DNA of 64,000 nucleotides from Leptolyngbyaceae cyanobacterium. GTDB lineage: Bacteria; Cyanobacteriota; Cyanobacteriia; Phormidesmidales; Phormidesmidaceae. The position numbers and the translations under genes were made by a program. Where the stretch lies: positions 288,001 to 352,000 of the forward strand of contig CBDHHL010000056.1 of assembly GCA_965263355.1 (NCBI GenBank). Reading direction: 5' to 3'. Below are positions 31,637 through 40,546 of the stretch, piece by piece. The first letter of the stretch is position 1; every line of letters starts with the position of its first letter. The notes beneath the pieces were generated by a model. It was given only the letters and a program-made list of their open reading frames with translations. It ran no database searches and was not told the DNA's origin.

Positions 31637-33589
31637 TTAAACCCAGCCCTTGACCTCTGCATCGGTCAAGGGCCGTTCTAGTTTAAGGTATTCTCGTTTA
31701 GCTGCCTGTAGTAGATGGTTCATCCTTACCGGTTGATTCGCATCAGCGGCTATAAAAGCAGCATTGAGTGCAATGTTACGAATGTTGCCACCGGTAATGC
31801 TGAGCTTTGCCAAACGCTCATAGACTAAGTCTTCCGTAGGGGTATTGGCAGGAAATACCCGTCGCCAAATTTCGGCTCGCTGCTTAGCGTCAGGAAAGGG
31901 AAATTGGACAACAAATCGTAACCGCCGGAGAAAGGCTTGGTCGATAGAGTTTTTGAGATTTGTGGTTAAAATAGCCAGTCCTCGATAAGATTCCATTCGC
32001 TGTAGGAGATAACTGACTTCCATATTGGCATAGCGATCTTTCGAGTCATTGACATCGCTACGTTTACCAAATAAAGCATCGGCTTCGTCAAACAGTAGAA
32101 TGACGCCTCCCCCTTCAGCTGCGTCAAAAATACGTCGCAGATTCTTCTCAGTTTCGCCGATGTATTTACTCACCACCGTACTTAAATCAATGCGATACAG
32201 ATCCAGATTGAGGTCTTGGGAAATAACTTCAGCCGCCGTTGTCTTACCTGTGCCGCTAGCGCCAGAAAAGAGGGCGCTGATACCTAATCCGCGACTACTT
32301 CTACCCCCAAACCCCCAATCTTCGTAAACCTGTGCACGGTAGGCGACATGGCTAGACAATTCTTGAATAATCTGTTGTTCTTTGTCGGGTAATACCAGAC
32401 TATCCCACGTAGCACGGGCTTCAATGCGTTGGGCCAATTCGTCCAAACGGGGGCGGGCCTGGGTTCGACAAAGATGCCAGAGGGGGGCAGGGGTATCGAG
32501 TGTCTGCCCCTGTAGACAAACTGTATGGATAGCGCTGGGGCTCAGGTTAAACTGAGACACCAGCGCGTTGATAGATGGCTGCCAAGTCTGGGCCCTATGG
32601 CCTAAGCCCGACTGCCAAAGTTGACGCTGTTCTGATGATGTCGGATGATTTACTTCCAGGGTGACAAGGGGACGCTGGCGCTGACGACGACGGTCTCGGC
32701 TAGTGATAATTATAGGCAGGGGAGTGGTGTCGATAAAGGTAGCGATCGCACTTCGTCGTTCCTTATTTTCAGCCTCTGAATCGTCACAATTTAACAACAC
32801 CGCCATCCGACTCAAGCGATATTCACGTTCACATAGCGTTTGTACTGTTTTTAGCTGTTGCCAGTCGGTGGGTAATGCCTCAGCAGACAGCTCCTGCAGT
32901 TCCAGACCTAGATGCTGGCAGGTTTCAGCTGCCACTGTTCTCAGACTGGTGCCATCAACACCGATGAGTTGAATAGCTGGTAGGAGACTACCCGACAACG
33001 CCTGAGTCCAGGCCTGTTTAATCTGGTCAATTAAATGGTGATAAGACGGTACCAACAGACCTGGTGAAGCCACCGTACGCATCAGTGCTTGTAAGCGCTG
33101 GTCCAGATACTGAACGCCTGTCAGATAGTGTAAAATTCGTTCGTTAATCCGTAGAGGGCTGGTCACTAAAGCATTCCCTCCGCCAACATCGAGCAGTTGA
33201 TAATGGCGAAGGACGGCACTGGGCGTTAAGGCTTCCCAACTGACGTCCTCAAACAGGCTTAAGGCTAATCCAAACGTAGGATAGGCACTACCGCTTGCCG
33301 TTTGGCACAGTTTGGGCCACTGCCCATCCAGCTCCATCCCTAGACATAGCAGGAGAATATTCTTCTCAAAGTGGGTGAGCCCAAAACAGCGGGTTAAGAG
33401 TTCTAGGGCAAATGGCTGACCGTTATAGTTGTTTTCTAACGTAGTTGGGGTAGACAGGATTGGAGAAGATTCAGTGCCGCTCTGTTTTTCTAATTTCTGA
33501 TGGATCTGAGCCAATGCGTGACTAAGATATTGTTGATTGGCACTGTGCCAATTCTGACTAGAGTTAGAAGGTGCCAGTGCAGCCGTCAT
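31637..33589 (-). CDS. CIS AAA+ ATPase (Afp15/Pvc15-like)
   Basis: GASGTGKT, VVSKYIGETEKNL, LFDEADALFGKR, YANMEVSYLLQRME; likely start MTAAL at 33589. Confidence 0.95.
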   Translation of the reverse strand: MTAALAPSNSSQNWHSANQQYLSHALAQIHQKLEKQSGTESSPILSTPTTLENNYNGQPFALELLTRCFGLTHFEKNILLLCLGMELDGQWPKLCQTASGSAYPTFGLALSLFEDVSWEALTPSAVLRHYQLLDVGGGNALVTSPLRINERILHYLTGVQYLDQRLQALMRTVASPGLLVPSYHHLIDQIKQAWTQALSGSLLPAIQLIGVDGTSLRTVAAETCQHLGLELQELSAEALPTDWQQLKTVQTLCEREYRLSRMAVLLNCDDSEAENKERRSAIATFIDTTPLPIIITSRDRRRQRQRPLVTLEVNHPTSSEQRQLWQSGLGHRAQTWQPSINALVSQFNLSPSAIHTVCLQGQTLDTPAPLWHLCRTQARPRLDELAQRIEARATWDSLVLPDKEQQIIQELSSHVAYRAQVYEDWGFGGRSSRGLGISALFSGASGTGKTTAAEVISQDLNLDLYRIDLSTVVSKYIGETEKNLRRIFDAAEGGGVILLFDEADALFGKRSDVNDSKDRYANMEVSYLLQRMESYRGLAILTTNLKNSIDQAFLRRLRFVVQFPFPDAKQRAEIWRRVFPANTPTEDLVYERLAKLSITGGNIRNIALNAAFIAADANQPVRMNHLLQAAKREYLKLERPLTDAEVKGWV

Positions 33590-33593
33590 GATG

Positions 33594-33857
33594 TTAATCT
33601 CCAGCTTGTAGCAAGTCTTGCAAATATTGAATTGCTTCAGTCGGAGATAATAGTACAAATTCTCCATCGCGGAGTAATTCATACTGTCCACCCCGATAGC
33701 CGTGGGCGGCAATTAACTTTTTCTCAACCGCTTGTGTGGCTAAGTTATGGAGTTGGTTAACGCTAATCGCTTCGAGTTCTAAATTCATTTTATGCTTTAA
33801 AGTCTCAAAATCAGGTTCGGCTGGTTGGTTACCATTAGGTTCGGAAATGTCACTCAT
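33594..33857 (-). CDS. Hypothetical protein in the CIS cap-ATPase operon
   Basis: 87-aa ORF spaced 6 nt and 4 nt from its neighbours. Confidence 0.7.
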   Translation of the reverse strand: MSDISEPNGNQPAEPDFETLKHKMNLELEAISVNQLHNLATQAVEKKLIAAHGYRGGQYELLRDGEFVLLSPTEAIQYLQDLLQAGD

Positions 33858-33863
33858 GACAAT

Positions 33864-35141
33864 TTACTTAATTACGACTTTGGGGCTATTAAACCAGTTA
33901 AAGGTGCTGCTGTTTGAATCAGTATCAACACCCAGTAGGCTATCAGCCCCATCAACCTGTAGACGAACAAGATAATCGCCAGGTTTCACGTCGTTAATGG
34001 GAATTGTCAGGTTGTCAGTATCCGCTTCGCGGGGCAGTGGTTTAAATAGATAGGTGGCTGGTGTGGTTGTGGACCATTCATTGAGGGCAAGAATTATATG
34101 CTGCTGAGCCCCCACGGGTAAATAGGTAGAGATATATAGATTACCTGTGCGTGGATCATCGTCAATTCCATCTAAATCACCGACCTTGATTGATGTTAAG
34201 GTGGGCCGCAGCACAAAAGGGAGAGCATTAGAACTTATAAGTACAGATTGATTAGTAGACGTTGCAGACTGTTGCAATTGTTGTTTAGTGCCATAGTGAA
34301 TCACCTGTACGGATTGAATGCCTGCCCGCAGGGCCGACCGTGGAGCATCCACAAGCGATAGACTAATTTCAGTATCCGTGATTGATTGGGGCGTAATTGC
34401 AGTATTGCCGACTTTAACCTGGGTATGTTGCCCCCGTAACAACCTGCCTAAAATTCGCAGAGATGTTTTTTCATCAATGGGGGACAGGGGCCCTGATTGG
34501 GCAGTTACTTTCTCAATCACTGGCTGATGGAGAAATGGAACCATGTCACCAAAGTGTCGTTCTCTCACGGGTAGGGCCTTCTGCGCTGAAATTTCACCAT
34601 CAATCACAATGGCCATTACCTTATAAACCAGGGATAACGAATACGGAGCCTGAAAAAATGTGGACCAGATTTTAGATAGCTCATCCGTATCCATGGTCAC
34701 TGGATTAATGGTAATTTGTTGCGTTTGAGTTGTTAAATCTGAGTTACCTAAAAAAGTTGCATCGACAATGGCTGCCTCAATCATATCGGCGGTGAGAACA
34801 GTTTTGTCACTCAAGGTACGGACTACACTACCCAATAATCGCTGAGGTTCTAGTTCTGTATCGTTGCCATAGGCACTTAACATATAATAAAGGTCCAGGG
34901 AAGAGTGTCGTCGAATCGAGCCTTTTTTAGAGCGAAATGTGGCCGTATCGCCATTGCGCAGCGCATTATTGTGGGCGACCTGATACAGGAATAGATTAAT
35001 CCCCGCCTCCGGCGTGCTGCTGCCAATGCTGTTGGGCTTTAGAGTCGTGACTCGAGCCCCCTCCACATCATACTGAATCGCTCCCTGAAGCAGCCGCTGT
35101 AAGGTGGCGGTGACGGTTGCGATCGCAAGATGATTACTCAT
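33864..35141 (-). CDS. DUF4255 / Pvc16-like tail terminator (cap) with C-terminal Ig-like domains
   Basis: MSNHLAIATVTATL, INLFLYQV, LDLYYMLSAY, ELSKIWS; IPT-like C-terminus. Confidence 0.9.
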   Translation of the reverse strand: MSNHLAIATVTATLQRLLQGAIQYDVEGARVTTLKPNSIGSSTPEAGINLFLYQVAHNNALRNGDTATFRSKKGSIRRHSSLDLYYMLSAYGNDTELEPQRLLGSVVRTLSDKTVLTADMIEAAIVDATFLGNSDLTTQTQQITINPVTMDTDELSKIWSTFFQAPYSLSLVYKVMAIVIDGEISAQKALPVRERHFGDMVPFLHQPVIEKVTAQSGPLSPIDEKTSLRILGRLLRGQHTQVKVGNTAITPQSITDTEISLSLVDAPRSALRAGIQSVQVIHYGTKQQLQQSATSTNQSVLISSNALPFVLRPTLTSIKVGDLDGIDDDPRTGNLYISTYLPVGAQQHIILALNEWSTTTPATYLFKPLPREADTDNLTIPINDVKPGDYLVRLQVDGADSLLGVDTDSNSSTFNWFNSPKVVIK

Positions 35142-35228
35142 TCAGCCAGTTTATGAAACAACACTTCTGCTCTAGAGGTACCCACTTTATGCGTTGAATT
35201 CAACATAGTTTGATAAATCATCAGACAG

Positions 35229-35274
35229 CAGCGGTATTCTTAAATAGATGACAGCGATGTTCTTAAATAGATAA
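35229..35274. repeat. 23-bp tandem direct repeat in the CIS divergent promoter region
   Basis: cagcggtattcttaaatagatga / cagcgatgttcttaaatagataa. Confidence 0.8.
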
Positions 35275-35741
35275 CGGGTATCAGCACAAAGCGAGACGAT
35301 TTCCCAAGGGAAAAATTCGGAATTCAGTCTTAGTTTGGATTTCCCGGCTTAAGTTAGATAACCTATCAACCCATCAGTAATTTCTGAGAATCCTCAACGT
35401 AATAATAAAAACCAATATACGTAATTTGAATTTTATTGATATTACATAATGATTCTGGGGAAAACAAGATTTCAGGAGGAGTCAATCCACTCACCATGTT
35501 GTTGCTGATTAAATCTTTTCATGCCTACAACTGTAGTCTTTCCGTAGAGGAGGCAACCGGTTAAACTTTGGGCATGGTTCGGAAAATGAATTTGTCTGTT
35601 ATGACTGCTATCAGAGCTTAACAGCCTACATCTTAATCGGTAACACTCATATGTTTATTATTCTGTTAACTGTGAAGATAATCTTCTCTCCGCAGCACAG
35701 AACACGATACTACAGCTTAAACTGGATGGAGAATAACTAGT

Positions 35742-37454
35742 ATGGCCTTAGACTACTTTGCGCCAGGGGTCTACGTCGAAGAGGTAGACCGAGGTAGTCG
35801 CCCAATTGAGGGCGTCAGCATGAGCGTTGCCGGATTTATCGGTTTCACCGAAGACGTACGAGGAGATGCTGAACTATTTGAACCCATGATGATTACTAAT
35901 TGGGCTCAATACTTAGAGTTTTTTGGCAAATCAGGCTCCGATGGATTTACCGATTTTGGGGCCTATCTCCCCTTTGCTGTGCAAGGTTGGTTTTTAAATG
36001 GTGGTGGTCGCTGTTGGGTAGTCAGTGTTGGCACTAAGCTACCGGGTTCGCCCAAACCTGCTGCTTCTGAAAATGCCACCAAACTGATTACCTCCAGTGG
36101 AAAACCTTCTCTTTCCTTCTATCTAAAGGCATCTGAATCTGAAGAAGAGGGCACCTTAGCGCTGCCATCCAGTGCTGGCCGATTAACGGTCAGTGTTATT
36201 GATGGAGCACCAAAGCCGTTGCCAGAGGATGCCGATGAGGATGCGGAAACCCCCATCAATAACGGTGAATATTTCACAGTGGTGGTCAGAAATGGAGATG
36301 AGGTTCTAGAACAGTATGATCACCTAACCATGAATCCAGAGGTGTTGTCTGAGGTAGCAGACTACGCCGTCACAATGTTAGAAGCCTCTGAATATGTGGT
36401 AATTGAAAATATCTCACAGTCTGGTCAGGCCCTCTCTCGTCGTCCTGCAAACGGTTCCTATGAGATTGCACCACCTCCCTATGTTGGTGAACCCGATCGA
36501 TTTAACCGCGATCTCCAAGGCAACCGCGACGATCGGACAGGCATTCAAGGTCTCTACGAGATTGACGAAGTGTCTATGATCGCCTGCCCAGACCTGTTAT
36601 TGGCCTATGAGAAAGGTCTAATCGATCTCGATCAGGTCCATGGTGTCATGGAAATGATGCTTAGCATGTGTGAGAATTCATTCCCCGGACCGGCGTATCG
36701 GATGGCAATTCTCGATCCACCGCCGGTAAAACCCGGTAAAAGCATGGACCCCGTGGAACCCAGTCGTCAGCGTCCAGCCGATGCTGCCAAATGGTTAACC
36801 ACGTTTAATCGTCGCTCTATGTTTGGGGCTACTTATTATCCTTGGATCAAAGTTGCTGACCCTCGCAACGGCGGTCGTCCCAAACTCGTTCCCCCGTCTG
36901 GCCACATGATGGGGATCTGGTGCCGTACTGATGAGTCTCGCGGTGTGTTTAAGGCCCCTGCCAACGAAACCCCTCGGGGTGTCATCGGCCTAGCGTACGA
37001 GACGAATATGCGTGAGCAAGAGTTGCTTAACCCCCTAGGCGTAAACTGTATCCGTAACTTCTCTAGCTACAACCGTGGCTTGAAGGTTTGGGGCGCTCGT
37101 ACCCTGGTTGAGCCCGACAATGTGCAGTGGCGTTACATTAGTGTACGACGACTACTGAGCTATATTGAGAAGTCCATTGAAATTGGTACTCAGTGGGTTG
37201 TCTTTGAGCCCAATGATCCTGATCTTTGGGCCAGAGTTAGCCGCACCGTCAGTAATTTTCTGGAGCGACTATGGCGGGATGGAGCCTTGTTTGGTACATC
37301 ACCTTCAGAAGCTTTCTACGTAAAATGTGATGGCGAACTAAATACCCACGACACCATTATGTTAGGTCGCTTGTATGTTGAAGTAGGTGTTTGTCCTGTA
37401 CGTCCGGCAGAATTTGTTATCTTCCGTATCAGTCAGTGGGCACCTAATCAGTAG
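35742..37454 (+). CDS. Contractile tail sheath protein
   Basis: APGVYVEEV, YYPWI, PPSGH, GVFKAPAN, WVVFEPND, PVRPAEFVIFRI. Confidence 0.97.
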   Translation: MALDYFAPGVYVEEVDRGSRPIEGVSMSVAGFIGFTEDVRGDAELFEPMMITNWAQYLEFFGKSGSDGFTDFGAYLPFAVQGWFLNGGGRCWVVSVGTKLPGSPKPAASENATKLITSSGKPSLSFYLKASESEEEGTLALPSSAGRLTVSVIDGAPKPLPEDADEDAETPINNGEYFTVVVRNGDEVLEQYDHLTMNPEVLSEVADYAVTMLEASEYVVIENISQSGQALSRRPANGSYEIAPPPYVGEPDRFNRDLQGNRDDRTGIQGLYEIDEVSMIACPDLLLAYEKGLIDLDQVHGVMEMMLSMCENSFPGPAYRMAILDPPPVKPGKSMDPVEPSRQRPADAAKWLTTFNRRSMFGATYYPWIKVADPRNGGRPKLVPPSGHMMGIWCRTDESRGVFKAPANETPRGVIGLAYETNMREQELLNPLGVNCIRNFSSYNRGLKVWGARTLVEPDNVQWRYISVRRLLSYIEKSIEIGTQWVVFEPNDPDLWARVSRTVSNFLERLWRDGALFGTSPSEAFYVKCDGELNTHDTIMLGRLYVEVGVCPVRPAEFVIFRISQWAPNQ

Positions 37455-37642
37455 AGGCGTTCTGTGGAACGCCTCTACGTAATCCCCTCCTCGGAGGGGT
37501 GCCTGAAAGGCGGGGTGGGCTCGACTGCTAGCGCTAACGGCTAACCCACCCCGGAGCCCCTCCCAGGAGGGGATGAGTTTTGGTCTACGTTTCTGGAATT
37601 CCTCTCAAGAGGAGAAGATTTTTGGTCTACGTTTTTAGAATT
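37451..37642. repeat. Composite repeat region between sheath and tube genes
   Basis: GTAGAGGCGTTC-TGTG-GAACGCCTCTAC hairpin; an element bounded by cccctcc..ggagggg hairpins; ~42-bp tandem duplication containing ttttggtctacgttt. Confidence 0.75.
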
Positions 37643-37658
37643 TTAAGGAGATGACGCG

Positions 37659-38156
37659 ATGGCTGATCTAATTAAGCCTATTGCCCCGAGTAGTTTTTAC
37701 CTGGAATTTGCCGGCGTGTGTGAAGGAGAACAGTCTGTTTTTAAAAGTGTTAATATTCCTGATTATGCGCCTAAAGTTCAGGGTGGACAACAGGCTATTG
37801 GCACCACCAAGGGTGGCAAAACTATGTGGCAAGTAAACTCAGCCGGTTTTGAAGGCCTGTTTAGCTTTGACTGTATCTGCATTGCTAGTGGCGATGGTGA
37901 CAGTACTAGCAAAAAACTCTATGAATGGTTTGAAAATTGTTTGCCAGCTTCAAATGGTGGCAAAAGCAGCTGGGGTGACAACAAAAAAGAAGGTAGCATC
38001 ACAGCCTACGACACCGATGGCAATGAGATTGCCAAGTGGCAATTTGTTGAAGCCTGGCCGTCCAAGTATAAGTGTGCCGACCTCGATGTAACAGCAGATG
38101 CTTACATTGAAGAGACATACACCATTACCTGCGAAAAGTTTAATCGCACCATGTAG
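37659..38156 (+). CDS. Tail tube protein (T4 gp19-like) 1
   Basis: LYEWF, GSITAYD, WQFVEAWPSKY, EETYTITCE. Confidence 0.9.
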   Translation: MADLIKPIAPSSFYLEFAGVCEGEQSVFKSVNIPDYAPKVQGGQQAIGTTKGGKTMWQVNSAGFEGLFSFDCICIASGDGDSTSKKLYEWFENCLPASNGGKSSWGDNKKEGSITAYDTDGNEIAKWQFVEAWPSKYKCADLDVTADAYIEETYTITCEKFNRTM

Positions 38157-38201
38157 TTTAACCCTTAGTTCAGTTAAGAGAACAATCAAGAGAACATAGC
38201 C

Positions 38202-38684
38202 ATGGTTCAATATTTAACCAATTCAAAATTCTACTTCGAAATTGATGGAGTGACAGGGCTATCCGTCAAAACCTGCACTGGTCCTGAGATTGAGCTAGAG
38301 GTGGCTGGTGGAGATGCAGCCATTGGTGTGACTAAAAATGCCATTACTCAAACCCAATCAACCATTGGTGGCGTGAAATATAACAGCACCATTACCCTTA
38401 CCTATGTGGCTGGTAATGAATCTGATCACCAAAAGTTGTCAGAATGGTATAACGATTGTCATCCAGACACCTTTTCAGGTGGTGGTTCTAAGGCAATGGA
38501 TAGCCGCAAAACGGGTTCCTTAGTGATCTATAATCCCAATGGTAGTGAGGCCATGCGCTATAACTTTATTGACCTGTTTCCAGGGACTAAAAAACAGATT
38601 GGTAGCTTGGCCGTTGACAGTGGTGGCAACCTTGCTGAAGATACGCTAGAGCTGTTTTTCACCCAGGTTGTGCGAGCAACCTAA
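38202..38684 (+). CDS. Tail tube protein (gp19-like) 2, divergent
   Basis: SKFYFEIDG, RKTGSLVIY, RYNFIDLFP, EDTLEL. Confidence 0.82.
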   Translation: MVQYLTNSKFYFEIDGVTGLSVKTCTGPEIELEVAGGDAAIGVTKNAITQTQSTIGGVKYNSTITLTYVAGNESDHQKLSEWYNDCHPDTFSGGGSKAMDSRKTGSLVIYNPNGSEAMRYNFIDLFPGTKKQIGSLAVDSGGNLAEDTLELFFTQVVRAT

Positions 38685-38692
38685 CCTAAGCC

Positions 38693-39220
38693 ATGATATT
38701 TCCTGAGATTTTAACCAAGGCTCGGTTTTATCTGGAACTCAGGTTGGATGGCAGTATTGATCTGATCGATGGTTACTTCATGGAGTGCTCTGGCTTCCAG
38801 CGATCGCAAGAGGTGATTGAGGTCTGTGAAGTAACCCCCCAGGTTTGGGGGCAGCAGGGACGTAGCCACGGCCACATTATCCGTTCTAAGATTCCGGGCA
38901 ACAGCTCTTTTACCAACATTACCCTCAAGCGAGGGTTAACGGTCTCCACGGCCTTTTGGGATTGGATGGATACCATTGGTGAAGGTAACTGGGCTGATCA
39001 GCGACGTAATGGCGCTCTGTGTATTTATGGACAATCGGGATTAGAACAGTTTCGATTTGAGTTCGCTGGAGCTTGGCCCGTTAGCTATAAGATTTCTGAT
39101 CTAGATGTGAAAGGGGCTGAGCATAATGTGGAAGAAGTTGAGATTGCAGTGGAATCTCTGAAGCGGGTTTCTGACAGCTGGATGCTTGGGGCGGCAGCGC
39201 TGGGCATGGCAATGAGTTAG
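38693..39220 (+). CDS. Tail tube protein (gp19-like) 3
   Basis: FMECSGF, KIPG, NITLKRGL, FWDW, AWPVSY. Confidence 0.92.
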   Translation: MIFPEILTKARFYLELRLDGSIDLIDGYFMECSGFQRSQEVIEVCEVTPQVWGQQGRSHGHIIRSKIPGNSSFTNITLKRGLTVSTAFWDWMDTIGEGNWADQRRNGALCIYGQSGLEQFRFEFAGAWPVSYKISDLDVKGAEHNVEEVEIAVESLKRVSDSWMLGAAALGMAMS

Positions 39221-39242
39221 TTGCTTTTTGATAAATAGAACA

Positions 39243-39677
39243 ATGACGGCTATTCAACTCAGTAATAATCTAGGCTTAGCACCGCCAAAAGTGACGCCTT
39301 CTATTCAACCCATCGATCCATCTTTGCCTAAATCTGTTGCAGATGTGGGTCCCCGCTTTGACCAGCAGGTTAATGCACCGTCTAGCCTGCAAACTCAGTT
39401 TGTTTTTGAGTTGCCGATAGGCTATCTAGACAATGCTGGGCAGCTCCATCGTCGAGGTGTGATGAGACTTGCACGCACCGCTGATGAGATTGAGCCGATG
39501 TCAGATATTCGGGTGCAGGCAAATGTTGCTTATGCCACAGTCATTATTCTGTCTCGGGTGATCTTGTCCCTAGGGAAGCTGCCTGATGTGAGTCCCATTG
39601 TGATTGAAGGGCTGTTTGCGGGGGACCTAAACTATCTACAAAACTTTTACAGAAAGATTAATGGTTTGACGGAGTAG
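39243..39677 (+). CDS. Tail assembly chaperone-like protein
   Basis: FELPIGYLD..GQLHRRGVMRLA, ILSRVI and DLNYLQNFYRKIN, typical of CIS loci. Confidence 0.8.
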   Translation: MTAIQLSNNLGLAPPKVTPSIQPIDPSLPKSVADVGPRFDQQVNAPSSLQTQFVFELPIGYLDNAGQLHRRGVMRLARTADEIEPMSDIRVQANVAYATVIILSRVILSLGKLPDVSPIVIEGLFAGDLNYLQNFYRKINGLTE

Positions 39678-39683
39678 ACACTT

Positions 39684-39947
39684 ATGACACAGTTGGATCC
39701 GTTAGCTGGGGCTGAGCAGGCGACGTTTTTGCCGCCCAGTGGAGTTGTTTCGAATCCAGCAGGATTTGTTGCTCCTGCAATTATGCAGAGTAATCATACG
39801 TTGGAGGTCAAGAAAATGATGGCTCAGATGGCTATGAAACTAGCCCATAATCCAACGGCAATGCAGCAGTTTTGCGATCGCATCCACCAACTGCTCCGTG
39901 ACGATATTCAAGCACGGCAAGAGCGTTCTTGGGGGAGACGTCACTAG
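39684..39947 (+). CDS. Small CIS protein
   Basis: 87 aa, in operon; C-terminal helix CDRIHQLLRDDIQARQER. Confidence 0.7.
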   Translation: MTQLDPLAGAEQATFLPPSGVVSNPAGFVAPAIMQSNHTLEVKKMMAQMAMKLAHNPTAMQQFCDRIHQLLRDDIQARQERSWGRRH

Positions 39948-40543
39948 TGTTTAGTGAACTATTAGCGGCTAATCAGCTAGCCACATCTGTTGGCGGCGAT
40001 CTATTTGGTGACAGTCGGTCGGCAGCATCCAATGCGGCTGACTATGTCACCAGTAACCGGTTTTATGTTGAGATTGAGAGTCAAATCACCGCCTGCTTTA
40101 CTGAATGTGGTGGGTTAGGGGTAACCATCAAAAAAGAAACCGTGCCAGAGGGTGGTCTCAACGACCAGCAACGGATTTTATTAGGAACACCTGAATTTTC
40201 TGACGTTACCCTTAAACGGGGTATTAGCGGTAATCAAGTGTTTTGGGATTGGCTAAATGCGTTGTTTCAACCGCGCACATCAGGCACTGGTCTCAAACAA
40301 CATCGCCGCAACATTAACATTTTAATTTTCAACCAGGCTGGGCAAACCCAACAGTGTTGGACGTTGATTGGAGCTGTTCCCGTAGGGTGGCAGGCCCCTT
40401 CTCTACAGGCAGACGGTAATGCAGTTGCCATTGAAGAACTAACATTGGCTTACGAAGGCTTAAATGTGACCTTTGGCAGTGGCGGCGGTGGTGCCACCAT
40501 GCTGACAGGGCGTTCTGATACTGGCTACTTTGAGAGTAAGTAA
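39929..40543 (+). CDS. Tail tube protein (gp19-like) 4
   Basis: RFYVEI, FTECGGL, EGGLN, VTLKRG, AVPVGW, IEELTLAYEG; exact start uncertain. Confidence 0.9.
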   Translation: MGETSLVFSELLAANQLATSVGGDLFGDSRSAASNAADYVTSNRFYVEIESQITACFTECGGLGVTIKKETVPEGGLNDQQRILLGTPEFSDVTLKRGISGNQVFWDWLNALFQPRTSGTGLKQHRRNINILIFNQAGQTQQCWTLIGAVPVGWQAPSLQADGNAVAIEELTLAYEGLNVTFGSGGGGATMLTGRSDTGYFESK

Positions 40544-40546
40544 CTG

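Noticed and set aside
33590..33712. N-terminal extension of the AAA ATPase in the ORF track
   Set aside because: It overlaps the 87-aa gene; the ATG at 33589 fits operon spacing
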